Below, piece by piece: positions 1-10,100 of a stretch of DNA of 38,121 bases. A program made the position numbers and the translations under genes. Positions within the stretch are counted from its first letter, which is position 1, and each line of letters begins with the position of its first letter. The DNA is from a virus (Duplodnaviria > Caudoviricetes), in IMG/VR virus record IMGVR_UViG_3300034019_000289, positions 1 through 38,121 of that record; one strand, given 5' to 3'. Under the pieces are notes generated by a model. That model ran no database searches and was not told the DNA's origin. It worked only from the letters and a program-made list of their open reading frames with translations.

Positions 1-640
1 TGTACCCGCTAACGCTGTGCACCAAATCATGGAAGGCATTGGCGAATACTGATTCAGCAATCTTTAGGTCGTAATCGTTGCCCGTTTCCGCAGCCCATGC
101 CAGCTTACCGAAATGCGCATCGAACAGGCCAAGCACTAGCAGGTGCGGTTCCCCGCTTGACTTACGCTTGACTGATGCGGGCTTGGGCGCAATCTTGCGA
201 ATGCCGTCAATCAGGCTTTGGAGCGGGTCAACGAACACGGACTGCTTACGCCGCCGTAACCATACCTTGACCTGCCACAACTCGATTGCGTCCCACTTGT
301 CCGCCTGGTTGCCGCGAGCCATGTCCCACTTGTTTATCGTGTGCCGCTCGACTTCCCATACCAGTTGGTCCACGTTCGCCGCTCTCAGGGCATCCTCAAG
401 CGTCCTGACGGTATTAGAGACGGATGTGATCGTCTGCGCCGTGTCGGATTGCTCTATGGAGAAGGATTCTTTACCTTGCGGGGCTTGCTGCGTGGCTTGT
501 GGGGCGGATTCCATCTTGTCGATGTGGTGCTTGGCTGTCGTTTTGTTTATGCCAAACATTCTAGCCGTGGCGCGAATACTCCCGCACTTGCGATAGGCTT
601 CCCACACGTCCTCGCTCTTGATGCCCTTGTTTTCACTCAT
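1..640 (-). CDS. N-terminal HTH plus calcineurin-like metallophosphoesterase (3' end runs off the window; absent from the ORF track)
   Basis: Manual translation from ATG 640 (ATGA overlap with the upstream stop) is open to position 1. It begins MSENKGIKSEDVWEAYRKCGSIRATARMFGINKTTAKHHI (HTH-like) and later reads HLLVLGLFDAHFGKLAWAAETGNDYDLKIAE, matching the first DxH metal motif of phage metallophosphoesterases. Confidence 0.8.
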   Translation of the reverse strand, partial: MSENKGIKSEDVWEAYRKCGSIRATARMFGINKTTAKHHIDKMESAPQATQQAPQGKESFSIEQSDTAQTITSVSNTVRTLEDALRAANVDQLVWEVERHTINKWDMARGNQADKWDAIELWQVKVWLRRRKQSVFVDPLQSLIDGIRKIAPKPASVKRKSSGEPHLLVLGLFDAHFGKLAWAAETGNDYDLKIAESVFANAFHDLVHSVSGY

Positions 641-915
641 GCGAGCCTGCGCTTTACACGTTTGAGCATCAAGTAACCAGCAAGGTCAAATTCTGGGTCT
701 TCTTCATCGTCAGTCTGCCCCGAACGTATTCGGGATAGCTTATCGTCTATTCGCACGTTGAGTTGCTCTAACGTGTCGCACTTCGAGAATATACGAATAG
801 GGTCAAGTGCGGAGTTGCCATACTTGCGGTTTTTGTCGCAGAGCATATCCGCAAGTTCGGAACAGACACCACGTATCTCAGCTTCGATGTTGTTCGCGGG
901 TCCAGTATCAGCCAT
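637..915 (-). CDS. Nucleotide-modification-associated domain 1 (Nmad1/DUF1599-like) alpha-helical protein, 92 aa
   Basis: Motifs KNRKYGNS, RIDDKLSRI and EDPEFDLAGYLML. The start is more likely ATG 915 (GGAGGG upstream) than 972. Confidence 0.75.
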   Translation of the reverse strand: MADTGPANNIEAEIRGVCSELADMLCDKNRKYGNSALDPIRIFSKCDTLEQLNVRIDDKLSRIRSGQTDDEEDPEFDLAGYLMLKRVKRRLA

Positions 916-1183
916 GCTTCCCTCCTCGCAACTGTGGATTATCCCGCAAGCATTGTAATACACCATGTGCAATTCCGTCTACAATTATTTCGTCGTGATT
1001 TACATGTCCCATGTTGTACATGATTGCATGAATAACCTCATGCCAGAGCGTTACGTCACGCGCATCTTTTGCCAACCCTTTGCGAATACTTATGGTCTGC
1101 GTTTCGTAGTCGATGGAGCCGTAGTCAGGGATGCTGGACTCAACGATAGAGTACGTGATTGCACCGACCTTTAGCTTTCCCAT
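908..1183 (-). CDS. Small zincin-like metallopeptidase (HExxH)
   Basis: YGSIDYETQTISI...TLWHEVIHAI...HDEIIVD gives an HExxH motif plus a downstream Glu. TGATG coupling to the giant gene. Confidence 0.75.
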   Translation of the reverse strand: MGKLKVGAITYSIVESSIPDYGSIDYETQTISIRKGLAKDARDVTLWHEVIHAIMYNMGHVNHDEIIVDGIAHGVLQCLRDNPQLRGGKHG

Positions 1184-4100
1184 CAGTCAACATCCGCCAG
1201 CACCGCCCGCTTCGCAATTCCACGCGCCTTCTCCAGAACCTCCTTGACGGTCTTGATGTTTCCCTCTGTCGGGTTGTCGTAGTCGATGTCCTTCCGGCGA
1301 CCAAGTACCTCCAGAGCCTTCTGCCCTGCAAGGATGGAAAGCTGATTGTACTGCGCATCAGTCCAGTCAATCGTTTCGCCGTCCTTCGTGTAGTAGGTCT
1401 GCGGGGTTTCAGGCCAATACGGCTTGTCGGGGTAGGTGTTGTTCCAGTTGAGCAGCATCCGGTCCAGTTGAAGTGCTTGTGGGTTGCGCTCGGATAGGTC
1501 ACGGGTATCCGCAGGGATCATCATCCGGTACAACCAATCGGTGGTGGCGTGCTTCCCTTCGTCCTTGGTGATCTCCTCACCCCATACGTTGACCTTGGGC
1601 TGCAATAGGGACTGCTTGCCGGGGACGTTTTGGGCTATGGCAATTTCTGACTGCGGATTCGCCCGCAACTCCCGCACCTTGTCGTCTGCGCTCTGTGTGG
1701 AACGGCGCATGGTGGAGGGGACGTAGGACGTGAGGAAGTTGCTTCCCCAGCGCGGCCAGCCTATCGGGTCATCGAATGCATCCATGATGTCACCAAGCCC
1801 TCGGAGGAATGACTTGTTTGAAATCTGGTCCTTGAACTTCAGGTAGAAGTCTCGCAAGGCAGCTTCCTTGGGTTGCCCATCCTTAGCTGCATGGACGGCA
1901 TCCAGCATGTCAATCGTGGTGCCGAGGGTGGTGGCGATAGGCTCTATGCGGGCGTAGGAGTACCACGTATCACCAATCTTGATGCTATACGCGGGCGTGG
2001 CTCCCTGCTTCACGTCACGCTCTGCCGTGTTGCCGATGTTGCGGGGGATACCGCCGGTGATTACGGGGTTGCCCTCGTCATCTTCACGCCAAGCGTCCAG
2101 AGCGGCCAGCATTGTCCATGCAAGTACCTGTTCGGCTGCATCACGCTGGAACCGCTTGGAGTCGTAGTTAGGGTTCTGACCGATAGCCTTCTTCCCAACC
2201 TGATACGCTATTCCCACGCTGCCAAGGGGGGACTTGCGAACACCCGTCTTGAGGATGTTTACGGGAGTGCGAATGAAGGGGAACAACTGCTGTAAGACGC
2301 GCCCAACTAGGGTGCCGCTATCGCGTGCGGCCATCAACTGCTGCCCGCTCTTACCCAGCTTCGTCTGGAACGTCAGTTCCTCTGCCTTGGCAATTGCACG
2401 CTCCCACGATTTCGATGTGTAGTCTGCTGCCTGCTGTGCGACAAAGGCGTTGAGTTCCTTCCCCTTCAGTCCTTGCGCCTTGCCAATGCGGATAGCCGCG
2501 CCTCTGACTTCCATGTCTGCCGCTACGGACTTGAAGAATTCGTCCTGCACCTGCAAGCCCGTGGTGCCACCCAGTCCGGGGACGGGGTTAAAGCCCATGC
2601 GGACAACCCTGCCAAGGATACCGCCTATGGCTGGCCCTTGGATGCTATCCACGGAGCCGTATTGATTAGGCCCACCAACCTGATACTCGAAAGCCGGGAG
2701 TTCCGTGCGGAAGGACTGGATACCATTCCGCAAAGCCCGCTTCAGGCCCGGTCGGATACCGGAGTACAACGCGGCAAGTTCTTGGAAGGAAGTGGCATCG
2801 GGGTTGTTGCTGAATATGTTGAGCAACGCTTCTGCTGGACGCTGGATACCGAATTCTTGGGCAAGGTTGGCTAAGTTGCCCGCGATGTTCGGCGGGGCAG
2901 ACATACCGAGCATGGCATTCATGCGCAACTCGTTCGCCATATCCCATACGTCAGACTTGGCTATGGAGTTCTGCTTGACCGCCCACGCCATCTTGTCGGG
3001 GTCTTTGAGGGTTTGCTCGTTGATGTTGAAGCCTGCCTCCTGCCACTTCTTGATCATGGCAGCGGTCTTTTTGGCTTCCCGGCGCAGAATCTTCTGGCGT
3101 TCAGCCTTCTTCTTCGCCTTGTCGGCGGCGTTGATCGCCTTCTTTTCCTCTTGGAATAGCAAGTCAAGCGCGGCCTTTGTGGACTGCGATGGGGTGAAGA
3201 TAGCCTGTGTGAGACGGCGTAGACGTTGGGCTGGCCCTTCCACCTTGTCGTGGCGTTGCCGGAAAGCACGACCCATCTCGGTGCCACCAGTGCGCCAGCC
3301 GTCGAACAACTCACCGGCGGATACGATAGCCTCAAAGTTACCAGACTCAATAGCAGCCTTACCCTCGATGTTCAGGATTTCAGCCGCACGCACCGTCTCG
3401 GCATCGTTCAGCATTTCGCCAGATGCAGTCTTGGCACGGACGGCAGCACCGTCTAGTGAAGCAGCCTGTTCGGCAGTCTCAATGTCGGTCTTGACCTCGG
3501 GCTTACCAGTCTCGTTGCGCATCTGCTCCATCAGGTCAAACAGGTCGCGCACGTCAGGCTCCATACCCGGATTGGCACGGTTGGGGACGGCTTGCTGTGC
3601 ACCAGAAGCAGGCTCCGGGGCAAGGGGACGCTCTTGCGGGGGCATCCCCTCACCCATCGGAGTTGACGGGACTACACCCGCCGCTTGCTGTGGCACTTGG
3701 GCTTGCCGCCCTTGCCCTTCTTGCTGGACATTGGCACTTCCTTTCTGACGTTTCACGCCGAGAAGGTCATCGAACACCTTGACCATCTCTGGCGATAGGT
3801 TGATGTCTATGGGGCTTCCCTTGATCTGCCGGTAGATGTTGGTAAGCCATCCCTTAAACTTGTCGAAAACGCCCTGCATACCGGCGTGGGAGAACTTGCC
3901 ACCATCGCGCAGGTAACGCTCCCAGCCTCGGGCGAATCGTTCCTCGTTGGCTTTAGTCCACACGCCGTCAGGCTTCACCTTGGACCATTTAGCAGCGGTC
4001 GCCAGCGCGTCACCTTCTAGGAAGTTGCGGCGGAAGTAGTGACCGGACTCGTGGGCGAAGGTGGAGATGTCTGCGCTCTCGAAAATATGGATGACAGCCT

Positions 4101-7100
4101 TGTTACCCTCGAAGGTGATCGCACCCTTAGGGTCGTTCGTGGACTGATTGCCTTGGAATAGTGCCATCCCCTTGGTCATGGCTTCTTCGCGCATACTCGG
4201 GGTGATGTCGAAGGAGTGGACGGTAGACATCTTGAAATCTGGATTCTCGGTCCTGTCCAGCACATCACCCATTTCGCGTGCGCCGCCCGGAATGGTGTCT
4301 AGTTTAGTCGTCCCCACTCTCGCCCCGTGCTTCTTGCCGATCCGGTTCGCCACGATGGGGAGCATACGGTCGTAGAAGGCTTTCATGCCGGTGCCGCCAA
4401 TTTTCAGCCCATCACCGCTTAGGCTACCTCCTGACTCAGACAATATTTTTTCCGCCATCTCCTTGCCTACAACTTCATCAAGAGGCTTTCCCGCAAAGCT
4501 AGTTGCAGGGCCATTCGGATTAAAGACTTTACCATCTTTAACCTCAAAGTTGATTAAATCTCCCCCTATCGGGGATATGGTTACGGAACGCTCATATTTT
4601 TGACTTGGTCCCCAACCAATAAATTGCACCTGCTTGCTCAGGTCGTACCGATCCGCCTGCATATCGCCAGTCGTCCACGCGATACGGTCGTAGCCATTCT
4701 CCGCAGCCCAGCGCACCATGCGCTTCATGGTCAGGTCAGGCCATGTGGTCTTGAAGGGGGCGTCGGGGACACCTTTTAGTTGTTGACGTTTTACTATCTG
4801 GTCTTGCGCAGCACTCTGGCTGTGATACCCACCAGAAAAAGTACCGTCACTCCATTCTACTTTCCAAAGCCCCCCATCCTGCGACACCACCTTACCGTCA
4901 GGATAGCCATACCCCTTCTTCCGCCCCTCCTGATGCCAGTCGCTCTGCACTTCCTCAAGGAACAGCACGCGCTTGCCGTCTGCATCCGTTCGGTCGTTGA
5001 AGCGAACGTGGGCTAGGATGTTGGGTTCGGAGAAGTGGGAAGACTTGAATTCGCGTTGCGCTTGCGCTTTTTGATTCGCTAGGTACGCAGGAGTCATCTC
5101 ATCCCACGATGCAGTATCGGGGGTCTTGGCAGGCAGCTTCAGCAGCAACTCTCGGTAGTTCTCCCCGCCGGGGAGTTGTTGCCTAGTAATCATATCTCTC
5201 AAATGAGAATTAGGCAGATTACCTTCTTGTTCGCTTCCTGTCACCTCCTCCACCTGTATCGCATTCTCCGCAAGGTGGCTGAGTACCTGCTGCTTGGTCA
5301 CGCGGCCCTCAAGATCACCAATCCGCGACCACTCCATCTCCTCAGGCTTGACACCCGCGCCTTCCAGCATCTTACGAAGCTGTGCAGCGTCCATCGCTCC
5401 ACCCATCTTCTCGTCAACCACATCGCGCAGCTTGGAATACCATACGGGGGCGTTCCCTGAGTCTTGGAACAGTACGCTGGTATCGTCACCAATACCTTCC
5501 TCACGCATAGTCTTGCGGCGGAAGGGTAGGTCGTCATCGTCCCATACAGGCTCGACGGGCTTGCCGCCACCCTTCTTGGTAGGCATGTCGAACAACGTCT
5601 GCTGGCGATTCCGAGAGTCCTTGAACTCCTTAATCACCTTCTCAATCTTGGCAATATCATCATCCATCTTCGGGCGGTCAGCTTTCGACAACTCCGCCTG
5701 CTGCTCCAACGCAACACGCAGCTGGTTCTCTGCAATCTGGAGTGCGCGGTCCTCGTTGCCGTAGGTACGGATAAGGTTCAACGCTAGTTCCGAATAGGAA
5801 GGGTCAAACTTGGGTGCGACAGGGACTTGCTTAGTGACTGGCCCCGTCATCAATTCGCGGAACTTCGACGGTTCCGTGCGCTCGTCGGATGTTATGAGTC
5901 CCTGCTCATACGCCATCTCCATCGCCTCGTCCCAGCTTAAAGACCCATCCGTGCGCCACCAAGGGAACAGCATCTTGCCACCAAAGTCCGTGTCATTGAG
6001 CCGGGTGCCTTCGTAGACCTTGGGTGGCCTCACCCCGTTGGCTCGCACATTGTCGCGGTATGCAGCAAGGTTGTCGTCCTTCACCTCGACGGTTTCGTAG
6101 AGCGATGCTGGCCGCTTCAGCGGCTCGGGCAGCTTCTTTGCCTTCTTCTCCTTGTTCGCCTTCTTCTCCGCGAGCCGTGCGGCGGGGGTTGCCTTCTCCC
6201 CGTACTTCTCCGCGAGGTCGGGGTACTCAGCGAGGACGGCGGGGGGGACGGAATCACCACGAGACATGGCTTTGGCTATCAACGCCTTGTGGATATTGGC
6301 ATCATTATCCTCCATGTCCTGCATGTAAACCGTGTAAGCGTCGTCTTTTTTCCCTTCCCATGAGAAGCCGCGATAATCGTCTTGCAGGTCATTTCTTGAA
6401 TCGTATTCGCCACTTGAGTCAAACCTGTTGATTAACTCGTCGTGTGATGCCTTCTTGCTTATAACTACACGACCATCTTTATATCTAATGGCTGAATAAA
6501 TTCTATTTGCGGGATCGCCACGATCACGCTCGAACTGTACAAACTCCTCCCGCGTCATATCCCACGGCTGCTTCTTCGTCAGCCTGTCGAACGCGGGGTC
6601 TGGCCTCGGTGTGTCCGCGCCGGTCTGGCTGGTGTTCGGCTGGCCGGGGGTCTTCGAGGGGGTGGGCTGTGTGGTGAACGGGGACGGTTCTTGCGCTTTA
6701 ATGTCAGGATATAGCACATCAACCTTAGTCCCCGGTTCGACAGCGCGATACGAGAATCCTTCCAGACGGGAAGTGTCAAACTCTGCGTCCATCCTGCCGC
6801 GAGTCTGCTGGGCAACGGTCTCTGCTTCATTCTGAGTGTAGAACGGTCCTGCTACCGGACGTACATTGCCAGATACGTCACGGGCATAGATGTAGATGTC
6901 CTTGCCTTGGACATCTTTTGGTGTATCTGTCCGCTTGGGAGTGGCCCCACTCTGCCGGTCAAGTTTTACCTTGTCAGCCCTAGCCTTCTCGTTGAGGGGT
7001 TCCCAATACGTCTTATTCTGTGCGTTGTTGTAGCTATTGCTACCAAAAACGACATCCCCATCAGGGTTTGACCATGCAGGGCGGCCTTTAGCGAATTGGG

Positions 7101-10100
7101 CTTTTTTTATGTTAGCTATTCTTGTCTTGCGTTTTGCTTCGTCCATCTGTGTGAGTCGCACAATAGCGTTGTCCTGAATGGACAACCCGTTAGGCTTGAC
7201 TTCTCTTGAATGAGATTCGGTAACGTCAAGTACCTCACTCGGGATTTGCTTGCGCCCCACCACCTTGTCACCATCCATCTTCACCAAGGAACGCCCGCTA
7301 TAACTATTCGGGTCGTCTACCACCTTGTACGGGGACATGGACGTGGGAGATTGCGGAGCCGCCCCCTGCGGTTCAGGGATGGCACCGGGGGTGGGGGTGG
7401 GTTCGGGGTTGCTGCGTTTAAGCCATTGATCGTAAGCATCAAGTCTAGCTTGCTTATCAAACGGCTGTAACTCATTTCGCTCAATAGTGTCTAGCGGCAG
7501 CGGGTTCTTGGAGAATACCACGCCTTGGGTATTATCGCTTGTTACTCCTGTGACAACACCTTCGATCTTGGAAATGGGAGAGCCAAAGGAAAACGGGCGT
7601 AGGGGGCTGTAATAAACATACGGGCCAACATTATCATCGCCATGAATTTCAACGGCCTTTTTCTTGGCTACTAAAATCGCGCCGAAGTTCACCCCACGTT
7701 TTGGGAAGGGATCATCTTGGAACTCATTCTGATCTAACGCCTCAGCCCACGAGTCATACTCTTCATGCCCAGCCGGAACGCCTGTTTCAGTGAACCGCGT
7801 CATCTGTATTTTGCCTGGAGAACGAGCGGACTTGTGTATGAAGCCTCCAGCATTGGTAGTGAAAATTTGCGGACTGGCAGAAATCTCGTCAATAACCTCT
7901 TGCTCAGTGGGCAACTCGGCCTTGCGCTTCTTGATCGCAGCCTGAATGGCCGCGAGTTCTTGGTTCGTCTTTGCAGAAGCCGCCAGACGGCCTGCAATGG
8001 CGGTCAGTTCATCGAGCGAGTTCGCTCGACTGATTGGCGACACGTCAATACTGGAAGCCTGTCCGCTGGCAGGAACCGCTGGAGCAGGAGCATCTTCACC
8101 CGTTACCTTTTGAACCGCATCCGCTAGGAGGTCGCCGTACCGTGCCGTTTCACCAGAGCGGTCGCCATACAATTGGCTGTCATCCTGTTGTGCAGCACGG
8201 AAATCATCCAGCGCAGCTTGCAATGACTCTGGTGCGCGACCGTCTGCAAGCAAGCCTTCCACGTCATTTGCCAAGTCCCATACAGTGGACTCTCCCGTAT
8301 CAGCGTAACGGGTCCACGCGCTTTTCAGGTCATTCTGCGGCAACTGTCCGGGAGTGCCGGAGGGTTCGGCTGGCGTAGCGGGCATCTTCCAACTGTCTTG
8401 TGCAGCCTTTAATGACTCATTGCCATCCTGAAATTCTCTAGTCTGAGCAAGGCGATCCATTGCCCCCTTATCGGGGTTGCGGTAGCCTTGGTCGGCCATT
8501 TCCCGCAAAGCCTCTTCCGCAGAGTTGTAGGTCTGGTGTCCAGATAGCCCTCGCTTGTCGAAAATCTGCAACCGGAATTGGCCTTGTCTCCCACTCATTT
8601 CAGGGACCAAGACAGCCCACCGAGTGCCATCACCATTAGACGCTTCTATCCCTACGAGATTTCCATTATTTGATTCTAGCAGGCGTTCTTGAGTGATAGC
8701 TTTCCGCTTGCTGTACAGCCTCGACGCGCCTTCCAAATCTTGATTGTCAAGTGCGGCTTCTATTTCATCGTTGAGAGCCTTATCCTGAGCAGCATAATCT
8801 TTTGGTGTAGCACCCCCCTGCGGCCTGCGCACCATCTGCTGGCCGGGAGTCGGCTGGCCCGTGAACGTCTGCGGTGGGCGCATCTGGCGTGCTGGCTGCT
8901 CGGGTGCGGCAGTAGGCGCGATTGCCTCAAGCACCTCGACCGCATCGAGTACCTTGCGGACCTCCTCGTTGCTGCCGGATACACCTTCCTTCTTAGCTTC
9001 CGCCTTTGTCAGTGGAGCACCCTTCTTCGCCTTCGCCGCCTGCACCTTCCTAAAGTCCTCCAGCTTCGTGGTCTGCCACTCCTGCGGGTATTTAGCCAGA
9101 GACTCTTCCAGCGTCAAGCCACGGGCATTGGCGACCGCTTCATGGATGGCGTAGGTCTGCGCAGCGTACACGTCAGGGGCATCGGCCATGTTCGGGGCAT
9201 TCGCCGCCGCGCTGGTCAATTCACTGAGTAGCTTCTGCGATAGCGGGCCTTGCGGTGCGGGGACAAAGTTGAGGGTCGGGGTAGGAGCAGGAGCCATAGG
9301 TGTAGGTGCGCCAGCTTCCATCCCCGTGGTCGGTATGAGTTCAGGCTGCACCGGCAACCGCAAATCCTGCGGTCGTGGCATCTGTGAGACAAACTCACGC
9401 GGGGTGGCAGGCTGGTTCGGGTCTACGGGAGCGGCTGGGGGCGGCGGGGGAACAGTCCCCGGCTTCTCCGTCCCCACAGGACGGCCCATAACGCTGCTGG
9501 CGATACCCTGGCTACCGCGAACGACACCAAGCGTGGCAATCGTCTGAATGGCAACCTGCTGTGTCCCCTCCATCACCTCCTTGGCCGTCATCTTCTTGTT
9601 GGGGTCGAAGTTGTTCGTGTACCAACGCTCGACGTTTTGAAGAACCTGAATCGCTTCTTCTTCACCAAGTTCCGAAAGCGCGTCAATCCCGAGGGCTTTC
9701 AAGCCAACGCGGAAGCCCTTGGATGCGGCCTTTTCCAGACCGCCAAGGCCAATCGCGCTGAATGCGCCCGTGATACCACCTTCGATCAAGCCTTGCCGTA
9801 TCGCGTGGTAGGTATTACCAGTGGCTTGTTTGGTCGAGCTATATGTGGTCGCGGCAGGAGTGCCAACGGCCAGAGCCATGCCCGCAGCCGGGTTGACTAG
9901 GCCAACGCCAATGGCAGGTGCCATGCTGGTGAGTGAGCGCGTTACACCAGATACCGTTTGTGGGAACATTCCCGGTTGCGCACGCCCGAACGCCTCTGAC
10001 GTTATCAGGGCATCTTCTGCGCTACGGTTGGTTCGTGCGTCCGTGATACCTGCCCAGTCGGTGATTCCTTCAACTACGCCTCGCAGGTCGGCAAACGCCT

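Noticed and set aside
290-333. Direct repeat GTCCCACTTGT (290-300 and 323-333)
   Set aside because: Only two short copies within a coding region (both encode KWD); no evidence of an array or regulatory role.
1140-1502. 120-aa alternative-frame ORF over the end of the giant gene
   Set aside because: R/T-rich off-frame sequence with no supporting signal; the downstream gene is already coupled by TGATG.
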